Below are positions 1-6,757 of a stretch of 18,036 nucleotides of DNA, piece after piece; the first letter of the stretch is position 1, and each line of letters opens with the position of its first letter. The position numbers and the translations under genes were made by a program. The notes under the pieces were generated by a model that saw only the letters and a program-made list of their open reading frames with translations, had not been told where the DNA came from and made no database searches. This DNA comes from a virus: positions 1-18,036 of IMG/VR virus record IMGVR_UViG_3300045988_022824. One strand, written 5' to 3'.

Positions 1-207
1 GTTGTTGTTCTTTGTTCTTTGTTTTTTATCCTTGTTCTTGTTCTGTTTCTTGTTGTCGTCCTTGTTGTTTTGTTTTTTGTTGCGTTCTTTTCTGTTGTCG
101 GTTTTGTGTGTTGTTGTGTTTTATGTTTTTTGGTGTGTTGTTTTGTTCATGGTTTGAGTGTGTTGTTTTTTGTGTTGTTGGGTGTGTTGTGTTTTGTGGT
201 GTGGTAT
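1..207. repeat. Left inverted terminal repeat (207 bp, perfect)
   Basis: I reverse-complemented 17830..18036 block by block and it matches 1..207 at every base. The first mismatch is at 208, with a patchy imperfect extension to about 227. By my count the top strand has only 5 A and 15 C in 207 nt. It begins GTTGTTGTT. Confidence 0.95.
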
Positions 208-210
208 TAT
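202..210 (+). promoter_or_regulatory. Candidate extended -10 promoter element (TGgTATTAT) reading inward from the left ITR edge
   Basis: TG at 202-203 and TATTAT at 205-210 straddle the ITR boundary, about 30 nt upstream of the first plus-strand ORF. A mirrored TGgTATGAT sits at the right end. No good -35 was seen. Confidence 0.35.
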
Positions 211-238
211 GTGGTTGTCAGCCAAGGGACAAGAAAGG

Positions 239-484
239 ATGGTGGTTGATATGTGGTATTGTTTTACTGTTGTTGACACGTATACTGGGTTGGACCGTGG
301 TTTTCGGTGGCGTGAGGCGGTTTGCGGTTACTGTGGGGTTGATTATCGGTTTGAATTGTATGATGGTATGTGTGGCCGTTGGGTTCTGGTGGGTGATTTT
401 GTTGATTTGAATGATGGTTTTGAGTATTGTCGTGATTTTGATTTTGAGGAATTTTATAGGACTTATGGAGAACGGTGGGTGTGA
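239..484 (+). CDS. Hypothetical small early protein (left end)
   Basis: This is the inner part of track ORF 158..484. ATG at 239 (alternative ATG at 251), TGA at 482-484, purine-rich AAGAAAGGA just upstream. The protein is rich in V, G, F, D, Y and C because the coding strand has roughly 7 percent C. No family recognised. Confidence 0.5.
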   Translation: MVVDMWYCFTVVDTYTGLDRGFRWREAVCGYCGVDYRFELYDGMCGRWVLVGDFVDLNDGFEYCRDFDFEEFYRTYGERWV

Positions 485-490
485 TTGAAA

Positions 491-760
491 ATGTTTAAGG
501 TTGTGGTTGATATGTTTGAAGTTAAGGCTTATGTTACTGAGATTGAACCGGGTCGTGTGTATTTGGTTGATGTTGACGGTTTTGAGAAGATTGTTACTGC
601 TTGTGAGGGGATTGATAATGGCGTGGTCACGTTTGAATCGGCTCTTACTAGGGTTCTTGAGCATGATTATGGTGATTGTGATTTTGATTTTGTGTGTTGT
701 GGTGTTGAAAATGGTGTTGCTTCGTATGTTGTCTCATTTTATGACCTTGTTTATGAGTGA
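491..760 (+). CDS. Hypothetical small acidic early protein (left end)
   Basis: Track ORF 485..760 starts at TTG, and an ATG lies at 491 (MFKVVVDMFEV...). TGA at 758-760 is followed by the terminator hairpin at 798..833. No family recognised. Confidence 0.6.
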   Translation: MFKVVVDMFEVKAYVTEIEPGRVYLVDVDGFEKIVTACEGIDNGVVTFESALTRVLEHDYGDCDFDFVCCGVENGVASYVVSFYDLVYE

Positions 761-797
761 GGTTGATATCTGGTTAGGGGTTTGGGTTAAGATATAG

Positions 798-833
798 AAA
801 GCCCCCCTAGGTTATATGCCTAGGGGGCTTTTT
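798..833. terminator. Bidirectional intrinsic terminator between the convergent left-end and main operons
   Basis: AAA-GCCCCCCTAGG-TTATATG-CCTAGGGGGC-TTTTT. The stem is 10-11 bp and GC-rich with one bulged C. It is flanked by an A-run on one side and a T-run on the other, and it lies between the stops at 760 (+) and 857 (-). Confidence 0.8.
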
Positions 834-856
834 GAGTCTCAATTCTCAAGTGGTAA

Positions 857-1234
857 TCAGTTTTGGCGTAGTGGGTTGTATGCTACTCCGAACCCTCCGG
901 CGATAATGCCAGCGGCAGTGCTGATGAACCCGCCGATATCGGCATGTCCGAAGCTCATGAGGCCCAAGCCGACCACGGATGCGGTCAAAGCGGCGATGTA
1001 GATGATGGTGCGCACGGTATCGCTGAAGACTGGCGTATAGCCGTCTGTGTTCTTGGCCTTGTCTACGTTCGCGCTCCAAGCGTTGAGCACTTTGTCTATG
1101 TCGGTACTGGATAGTTTTGTGACATTAGGCGTAGTGTCCGTCGTTGGGTCGTTTACCGTGTTGGCAATGAAACCGTCAACGCTGGTCACGTCGGCAGTGG
1201 TGGTGTTCTGGTCTGTCATAATTCCTTCTTTCAT
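857..1234 (-). CDS. Membrane protein downstream of the endolysin (possible second holin or antiholin)
   Basis: ATG at 1234 abuts the endolysin TAA (alternative ATG at 1219, preceded by GAAGGAA). The stop is TGA. Two C-terminal hydrophobic segments are present (TIIYIAALTASVVGLGLMSFG and IGGFISTAAGIIAGGFGVAY). The functional call rests on position in the lysis cassette only. Confidence 0.6.
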   Translation of the reverse strand: MKEGIMTDQNTTTADVTSVDGFIANTVNDPTTDTTPNVTKLSSTDIDKVLNAWSANVDKAKNTDGYTPVFSDTVRTIIYIAALTASVVGLGLMSFGHADIGGFISTAAGIIAGGFGVAYNPLRQN

Positions 1235-1957
1235 TTATTTCAAGGCTTCTATAAGTCGGGTGGCCCACGGCGCGTTTTTGCTTCCCAGAGCGAAGCACGG
1301 CAAGGTGTGTCCGCACTGTTTGGCAACCATTTGCAGGACCTTAACTTGGTCTGGGTGTGTCAGATTATGGATACGTTGGCCGTCAAAATATACCAGACGG
1401 CTTTCTCCATTGGGCTGAATGATACACTGCATCATATCCTCCTCATTAGTGTTAGTGGTTGTTGCTTGTAATAGTTGGTTTGCTTTGTTGATTACATAGT
1501 TGACGTCAAGTCCGTTGGGGGCTAGGTCGGGGCACCCGGCGTGGTTGGTTCCCGGCACTTCTCGGTGTAACCAGACGTTGCCGTTGAGTCCGTCGTGCCA
1601 TAGGTGACTCCAGCCGTATCGTCGGGCGATATCGGCGCAGAGTGCGGCGGACGCGTCCATGCAGGCTTGAGTGCAGGGGATTCCCTCCATTCCGCCTTCG
1701 TGTTCAATGCTGATGGTTCTGTTGTTGCTGGCGTAGTTCGCGTCACTCCAACTGCCGTCTGCTTCGCTCACGTATTGGTGTATTTCGCCGTTTCCTCCAA
1801 TGCCGTAGTGGGCTGATGCCGAGCTTGCGGGTAATTGGAAATAGTTGTCTGCGCTGGTTAGATAGCCTACCATGATGTGTAGGGTGATGTGGTCTACGTG
1901 GTATCCGTCCCGTCCGTTGTAGTAGTTGGGGGAACCTATCCATGTAATGCCATCCAT
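1235..1957 (-). CDS. Endolysin, N-acetylmuramoyl-L-alanine amidase (Amidase_2 / PGRP-like) with an unassigned C-terminal domain
   Basis: The N-terminal ~165 aa carry typical Amidase_2 features (HITLHIM, AHYGIGGNGEIHQYV, ISIEHEG, LHREVPGTNHAGCPD, i.e. His/His/Cys zinc ligands). The C-terminal ~65 aa (MMQCIIQPNGESRLVYFDG...) form a separate, presumably wall-binding, module. It lies next to the holin. Confidence 0.9.
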   Translation of the reverse strand: MDGITWIGSPNYYNGRDGYHVDHITLHIMVGYLTSADNYFQLPASSASAHYGIGGNGEIHQYVSEADGSWSDANYASNNRTISIEHEGGMEGIPCTQACMDASAALCADIARRYGWSHLWHDGLNGNVWLHREVPGTNHAGCPDLAPNGLDVNYVINKANQLLQATTTNTNEEDMMQCIIQPNGESRLVYFDGQRIHNLTHPDQVKVLQMVAKQCGHTLPCFALGSKNAPWATRLIEALK

Positions 1958-1960
1958 TGC

Positions 1961-2332
1961 CTAACTCTCCTTACCGTTGTTTTCTTTTTCGTCGATGTTG
2001 AAGATGTTGAGAATATTCGAGCTGGATAGTTCGGGGTTGATTTTCACGCAGTTTTCGATGATTGATGTGATTTCAGTCAGACAAATGCCTGCGCAAGCGG
2101 GAATGAATACGGGTAGTTCGATTCCAAGATTGATGTATTCTGAACCGTATTCTACGATTAACGCAACGCAAATCACTACCAGATACGTGAACTTGTGGCC
2201 GAGTCCCTCCCTCATTTTCCTGCTGGAAAGTTCGCCGTGCATGATTGCGTTGACTACTCCGGTGATGTAGTCAATCAGTCCCAATAAGAATACAATGCCG
2301 ATAACGATTAGCTCTTGGATTGACATGAACAT
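1961..2332 (-). CDS. Holin (Phage_holin_4_1-like)
   Basis: 123 aa with hydrophobic helices and the family-typical segment ITGVVNAIMHGELSSRKMREGLGHKFTYLVV. It sits immediately upstream of the endolysin. The stop is TAG at 1961-1963. Confidence 0.85.
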   Translation of the reverse strand: MFMSIQELIVIGIVFLLGLIDYITGVVNAIMHGELSSRKMREGLGHKFTYLVVICVALIVEYGSEYINLGIELPVFIPACAGICLTEITSIIENCVKINPELSSSNILNIFNIDEKENNGKES

Positions 2333-2335
2333 TCC

Positions 2336-3442
2336 TCACTTTCTTATACCTGATTGCTGTAACAGGCCGCCAAGTATCATGCTAAACTCCGCCTTGATTT
2401 GCGGTGTTTCGAAACGTAGTCGTCCGACGCGGTAGGCGCTTAATATTTTCTGTGTCATGTCGTCGGAACGTTTGAGCATGATGCAATCATTATCGACCAG
2501 TCGGTAGTCAAACGTAAAATCACGGGTGATTTTCGGCTGTTTTTTGGTGATTATATATAGTACTTCGTCGGTATCGTTTAATTGTTGGTATACGTTGAAA
2601 ATACCGTATTCCGTGGTTCTTAGCGTGAAAGCATAACCAGCGTTGTTAAAATCACTGATAAGGGTATTGGCATTGTCCCTAAAATCATTATTGATTGCAT
2701 AATTCGCATAATTTTCGTCATATTCGCGTAAAAACTTTCCGAATCTCGATGTGGCCACCTTTGCGCTGAACCCGCCGTAGTCGGCCAGTTCCACCATGAT
2801 GAACCCGTTGCAATAGCGTTGGTATTGCGTATGATTGTCCAATTGTGGTTTCAGGTTGATATTGAATGCGCTGAAATACGGGTTGGCCAATGTTACGGCG
2901 TTACTGCACATGATAACGCGAACCCTATCATTCCAACGGTCAACCGTATTATAAAACTCCTCCAGCGCGGACACTTCACCGCCCAAATACCGCATATTAT
3001 CGGGGAATATCTCATCAAAGACAATGGTGCGCACTTTGGGGTAGGCGACTGATTTCACTTGTCCGGCCTGACTGAGGGCAATGAAATACCCCATGATATG
3101 CCATGTGGGGCGCGTCTTGCCGTGTTTGTCCGTGATGGCGTCCCTGTCGTCCAACCAGTGACATTCTGCTTGATTGCCGGATACGCGAAACTCAAGTTCC
3201 GGGTATTGTTCCGCTATGTCCGCGCACCATGTGCCCTTGTTTTTCTGTTCCTCTGCGGTACGTCTCAGATAGATGAATTGCCAGCGTTTTTTAATCCAGT
3301 CGCCTACGACCAGTTTTTTGGCTCCGTAGGTTTTTCCGAGACCTCGTGCGCCGACGATGAACATCCAAGGCGCGTGATAGGATAACACGCGCCCATAATC
3401 ATAATAATCACCCTCGGCTAACAGTTTATCCATATGTACCAT
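2336..3442 (-). CDS. DNA encapsidation (packaging) ATPase, phi29 gp16-like
   Basis: Walker A is IVGARGLGKTYG and Walker B is RTIVFDEIF. It is colinear with remembered phi29 gp16 (LSYD..FVIGARGIGKSY, STIVFDEF, EVSALL, NAVS..NPYF). Track ORF 2336..3805 has an R/K-rich N-terminal extension that overlaps the upstream gene, so I start at ATG 3442 (MVHMDKLL). ATG 3433 (MDKLL, like the phi29 gp16 N-terminus) is equally possible. Confidence 0.9.
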   Translation of the reverse strand: MVHMDKLLAEGDYYDYGRVLSYHAPWMFIVGARGLGKTYGAKKLVVGDWIKKRWQFIYLRRTAEEQKNKGTWCADIAEQYPELEFRVSGNQAECHWLDDRDAITDKHGKTRPTWHIMGYFIALSQAGQVKSVAYPKVRTIVFDEIFPDNMRYLGGEVSALEEFYNTVDRWNDRVRVIMCSNAVTLANPYFSAFNINLKPQLDNHTQYQRYCNGFIMVELADYGGFSAKVATSRFGKFLREYDENYANYAINNDFRDNANTLISDFNNAGYAFTLRTTEYGIFNVYQQLNDTDEVLYIITKKQPKITRDFTFDYRLVDNDCIMLKRSDDMTQKILSAYRVGRLRFETPQIKAEFSMILGGLLQQSGIRK

Positions 3443-3464
3443 TATGGCATGACATGCGGACTTT

Positions 3465-4682
3465 TTAGAAGTTCGGTGGGGCACTAGCGCCGTCCCATAC
3501 GACCAGCAGATTATACACAGTCCGATATCGGCTCGGGTATTGCCCGAAAACACCGTCGTTAAGCAGATTATCCAATAAGCCGCCCAATGTGGTTGCCTTC
3601 GGTAGCGCCTCGGCGTATGCCGGGCCTTGATGATATGCCGACGCCCATAGTATTTGCATTTTCGCGTCCGAGTAGACTTGCGGATAATTGTTGTAATCCG
3701 TCTCGAACTGGTTGCGTTGTCCCTGATGTGATTCGGCGCGTTGCGCCCATGTTTTGAACGCCGCCGATTCTGTGGGGGTAAGGGGGCGTGTAAACGTCCC
3801 GCCATTGCTCATGAGCGCCGCTATCTCGGGGCATGTTTTCGCAAACGTCGCGTAGCCTGTCGGGTCGGCGGTTTTCATTGCGTTCAACACGTCCAACCGT
3901 CTGTTAAACGACCATTGCGCAATCCCTATGCCCTGCCTGTTGGCTAATTCTACCGCGTCCCATTGCAATGAGCTTTCCACCGTGCCGATGCAGTAGAGCG
4001 CGTAACTGTTTTTGCCGTTGCCTGTGGATGGCGTGGCTTGGCCGCCCGAGTCACTGGGCGCTTTAACACTACCCTTGGCCTTCCATGTTTGGGCTGTGGT
4101 TTTGTAGAACATCATGGTACCCGCGCCACTGTCGTTGTCGCGGTAATGGTAGATAAGATTGTCGCCCTGTTGTTGTATCCATGTGTCACTGCTGGATGTG
4201 CTACCCGGGTTGTTCGAGCCGGTAGGGTTCGAGCCGCTGTCATTGTCGCCGCCGTCCGGTTTTTTGCGCGGGTGCAGATATCCGATATACGCTTTTTGCA
4301 GTGGGAGTAGTTTATGTACGCTTGGCTCGGGGTTTTGCGTAATCACGTCGATGGAATCGCCCTGTATTCCATCAACGACAATGGCCACGTGTGTTGACGG
4401 GTAATTGGGATAGCAGACCTGCCATATGGCAACATCACCGGGCATAGGGTTCCACGTGTTGTCTTTTTTTTCGAAAATCTCCCCGACTCTTGCGCTTACG
4501 GGATGATGCGTGTATAATCCACCGGCCCAACCGGTAGGGGTGATACAATCCTGAACACTACACCCGTACTCGTCCATGCAGTACTTGGCCCACAAGTCCC
4601 AGCATTGCGGGCCCCAACTGCCGTCCATATCCCAAAAGTGGTTTTCGGTCTGTTTCACCCATGTCTTAAAGCCAACTGCCAT
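3465..4682 (-). CDS. Tail-associated peptidoglycan hydrolase: N-terminal CHAP peptidase plus C-terminal lysozyme/transglycosylase-like domain (phi29 gp13 analogue)
   Basis: CHAP signature: the Cys in GPQCWDL and the His in STHVAIVVDG. A G/S/N-rich linker follows. The C-terminal domain has an ES-type motif (IGTVESSLQWD, GIGIAQWS). It occupies the phi29 gp13 position between the fibres and the lysis/packaging genes. Confidence 0.8.
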   Translation of the reverse strand: MAVGFKTWVKQTENHFWDMDGSWGPQCWDLWAKYCMDEYGCSVQDCITPTGWAGGLYTHHPVSARVGEIFEKKDNTWNPMPGDVAIWQVCYPNYPSTHVAIVVDGIQGDSIDVITQNPEPSVHKLLPLQKAYIGYLHPRKKPDGGDNDSGSNPTGSNNPGSTSSSDTWIQQQGDNLIYHYRDNDSGAGTMMFYKTTAQTWKAKGSVKAPSDSGGQATPSTGNGKNSYALYCIGTVESSLQWDAVELANRQGIGIAQWSFNRRLDVLNAMKTADPTGYATFAKTCPEIAALMSNGGTFTRPLTPTESAAFKTWAQRAESHQGQRNQFETDYNNYPQVYSDAKMQILWASAYHQGPAYAEALPKATTLGGLLDNLLNDGVFGQYPSRYRTVYNLLVVWDGASAPPNF

Positions 4683-4692
4683 ACATACCAGT

Positions 4693-4720
4693 ATACCCCA
4701 CGGCGTCGGCCGTGGGGTAT
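4693..4720 (-). terminator. Perfect 12-bp stem-loop downstream of the fibre gene
   Basis: ATACCCCACGGC-GTCG-GCCGTGGGGTAT lies between the TAG at 4725 and the ATG at 4682. No clear U-tract follows on the minus strand, so it could be a factor-dependent or partial terminator, or an mRNA stabiliser. Confidence 0.5.
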
Positions 4721-4724
4721 GGTG

Positions 4725-5735
4725 CTAGGCGATTGGTGTCAGCGTAGTAGCCAAGTACAGCGATTGGGGGAATGCCGCGTAAACCCTGTCCTGACCTGCG
4801 CACCAATTTGCGCCCTGCTTCGGTAAGACTGAATTATATTGAAATGTGGCCTGAACCCGTCCGTCGGTCGTGACCTTGAACGAGGCGGGCCAGCCACCAA
4901 TACCATGAGATGGGTTCGGGATATTGGCGATATTGGAATCACCCGCCACATAAAAACCCGCGCCAACATAGTAGACGTCCGCGCTTGGACGCATGGAATC
5001 GGGGAGTTGCGCCGCAAGCGTGAAGGAAGCGTTAGACTGGTTCAATCCGCTGATGAGCGCCGCTCCGAAGAATTTAAACGCTCCGATGGTTTCATTATAC
5101 ATGAAGTGCATTTGAGAATTATTCTCTATAAGCGTCACGCCTGAAGACCCTGAATGGGACACGGTTCCCGTTTTCCAGCCTTTAAGCCAAGCGTCACGCC
5201 ATGCCTTAAGCGCCGTAAGCCCTGAAGTGTTGGCGGCGATAAGCTGGTTAAGGTCCTGCGCGGTACCCGGGTATCCGCCCTGCTTGGTAAACGTTGTATC
5301 GGCCTGCGCTCTGGTATACACCTCGGAGGCGTTCGCCTTGCCGTCCACCCTGCCGGAAAGCGAAGACACCGTGCCTTGCAATGCCGTTAACGCGGTGTTT
5401 TCCGCCTTGCCGTTGATAGTGGACATGAGCGATTGTGTGGACGGCAGTGACGTAACGCCGAGCGCATTGAAATAACCATCCAATTCGGTGATATCGCTCT
5501 TGTTGGTCTGCGCAAGCCCTGCCGCATTGTCAGCCGATTTCTTGGCCTCGTCCGCCGCTGTTTTCGCGTTGTTCGCCGCCGCCGTCGCCGTGGTGATATT
5601 GGTAGCGTTCGTGTACATCTGATTATCAATCGCAGTCATGGCGTCGGTGAAGTCACCGCGCCATGATGGCCTATCATTCGGATTGTCGCCGAACGTCGGC
5701 AGATTATAATGACCGGTGTGCTGTGTAGTAGACAT
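4725..5735 (-). CDS. Tail fibre / receptor-binding protein
   Basis: Track ORF 4725..5795 was trimmed to ATG 5735 (MSTTQHTGHYNL...). GGGAG lies 7 nt upstream, and ATG 5741 is an alternative. The N-terminal ~45 aa are paralogous to the gene at 5752..6120. An Ala/Asn/Thr-rich helical segment and a C-terminal globular domain follow. Position is as for the phi29 appendage genes. Confidence 0.7.
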   Translation of the reverse strand: MSTTQHTGHYNLPTFGDNPNDRPSWRGDFTDAMTAIDNQMYTNATNITTATAAANNAKTAADEAKKSADNAAGLAQTNKSDITELDGYFNALGVTSLPSTQSLMSTINGKAENTALTALQGTVSSLSGRVDGKANASEVYTRAQADTTFTKQGGYPGTAQDLNQLIAANTSGLTALKAWRDAWLKGWKTGTVSHSGSSGVTLIENNSQMHFMYNETIGAFKFFGAALISGLNQSNASFTLAAQLPDSMRPSADVYYVGAGFYVAGDSNIANIPNPSHGIGGWPASFKVTTDGRVQATFQYNSVLPKQGANWCAGQDRVYAAFPQSLYLATTLTPIA

Positions 5736-5751
5736 TGTCATTCTCCCTTTG

Positions 5752-6120
5752 CTAGTTCTTGTTACCGACGCGGACGATGCCGTTCTCGTCCGCAAACATG
5801 TTGTCCAATTGCTTGGCGGTCAACCCCAATGTTCCCGGCTGGCTTGCGGTTTTCGGCGCTTTGCCGTCAATCTCGGTCTTGAGCGACTTCGCCGTGTTGG
5901 TATTGGTGAGGCCTCCCAGTTGCAGATATCGTTGGTCGGCCGCCGTCTGAGTGATGCCGGGGTTTTCGGCAACATGTTGGATGGCGTCGGCGTTCTTCTT
6001 CATCTGCCCGTCGATTTTAGCCATGTCCCCGTTATAGTCGCCGGACCATGTAGGCCGGTCGGTTTCCGCGAACTGGCTTAACTCGTAGTGTTCGGTGTGG
6101 TTGGTTGCGGTCATGGTCAC
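5752..6120 (-). CDS. Short fibre-like protein sharing the fibre N-terminal module
   Basis: GTG at 6120 overlaps the upstream TGA (GTGA), and ATG 6114 is an alternative. The N-terminus MTMTATNHTEHYELSQFAETDRPTWSGDYNGDMAKIDGQM parallels MTMSTTQHTGHYNLPTFGDNPNDRPSWRGDFTDAMTAIDNQM of the next gene. Confidence 0.6.
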   Translation of the reverse strand: MTMTATNHTEHYELSQFAETDRPTWSGDYNGDMAKIDGQMKKNADAIQHVAENPGITQTAADQRYLQLGGLTNTNTAKSLKTEIDGKAPKTASQPGTLGLTAKQLDNMFADENGIVRVGNKN

Positions 6121-6755
6121 ACCCCGCTGGTCTCGAAGTTCGATACGGTCGGATTACGTTCAACATAGCGCGCGTCCGCCTCGGATTGCGTGATAAACGC
6201 CATGTCCGCCACGGGATTCTCCGGCATACTCTTACCGTAGGGGAATTGGGAGCGGCCCGGAAAATCACCGGGCACGCAATTATCCACGGCGGTGGCCTTC
6301 AAGTCATATTCGCGTGCCTTAAGCGACAACCCGTCATACTCCTGCGCGGTCAACTGCATGTTATCGTAATCACCCCAGAACAGTCCATGATTACGCGCAT
6401 TATCGTACATGCCGCCGAGTACATCCCCAAGCGGTTGTACGGTGCCGTACACCGGGGAGGTTGCCGCGCCCTGCTGTTCCATCCGATGAATCAGTTCAAG
6501 CATTTCCGAGCGTAGGTCGTTCATGGACTTGTTGACTTGCGCCACGGTATCCGCAAGAGCCTTGTCCACGGATACCGCAAGGTCGCTGGTGACTCCCTCC
6601 AGCCTGCTCAAATCGCATTGGAGGGTATCGAGATTATGACGTAGACATTCAATCAACTGCAACGTAGTCAATCCGTCCCGATACGTGAACGGCACGGACG
6701 TGGGCACTCCGTCGTACAGGCGTTGCCGTGGAATCAGCGCGTTAATGGCAACCAT
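6117..6755 (-). CDS. Tail/appendage structural protein (coiled-coil, function unassigned)
   Basis: ATG at 6755 (MVAINALIP...) has GGGAG 5 nt upstream, inside the end of the preceding gene. The stop is TGA at 6117-6119. A central heptad-like helical region is present (LDTLQCDLSRLEGVTSDLAVSVDKALADTVAQVNKSMNDLRSEMLELIHRME). It lies between the lower collar and the fibres. Confidence 0.6.
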   Translation of the reverse strand: MVAINALIPRQRLYDGVPTSVPFTYRDGLTTLQLIECLRHNLDTLQCDLSRLEGVTSDLAVSVDKALADTVAQVNKSMNDLRSEMLELIHRMEQQGAATSPVYGTVQPLGDVLGGMYDNARNHGLFWGDYDNMQLTAQEYDGLSLKAREYDLKATAVDNCVPGDFPGRSQFPYGKSMPENPVADMAFITQSEADARYVERNPTVSNFETSGV

Positions 6756-6757
6756 GA

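Noticed and set aside
31-66. CRISPR-like or satellite array in the ITR
   Set aside because: The units are 6-7 nt with no spacers, are degenerate, and lie inside the replication origin. This is a simple-sequence or origin repeat, not a CRISPR array.
12-410. Cys/Val/Phe-rich ORFs in the ITRs (12..410, 19..249, and their mirror images 17809..18018 and 17828..18025)
   Set aside because: They start at TTG/GTG, have no ribosome-binding site, and their odd amino-acid content is simply the translation of G/T-only DNA. They are duplicated only because the ITR is duplicated. I treat them as non-coding origin sequence.
2406-2415. Short palindromes sharing pieces of the big motif (GTTTCGAAAC 2406..2415, TCACGCGTGA 14382..14391, CCACGTGG 14321..14328)
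   Set aside because: About 18036/4^5, or roughly 18, perfect 10-bp palindromes are expected by chance in this length, so these are not significant individually. Only the three copies of 14 bp or longer are reported as a finding.
3443-3805. N-terminal 121-aa extension of track ORF 2336..3805
   Set aside because: It is R/K/T-rich with no homology, and it lies entirely inside the well-supported hydrolase gene 3465..4682 in another frame. ATPase homology begins at MVHMDKLL.
5735-5741. The recurring ATGACAATG / GTGACCATG double-start arrangement at several gene starts (5735/5741, 10839/10845, 6114/6120, 16560/16566) as a special signal
   Set aside because: In each case the Shine-Dalgarno spacing favours the second start, and the first is probably fortuitous. 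GTGA and ATGA stop-start overlaps are ordinary translational coupling.
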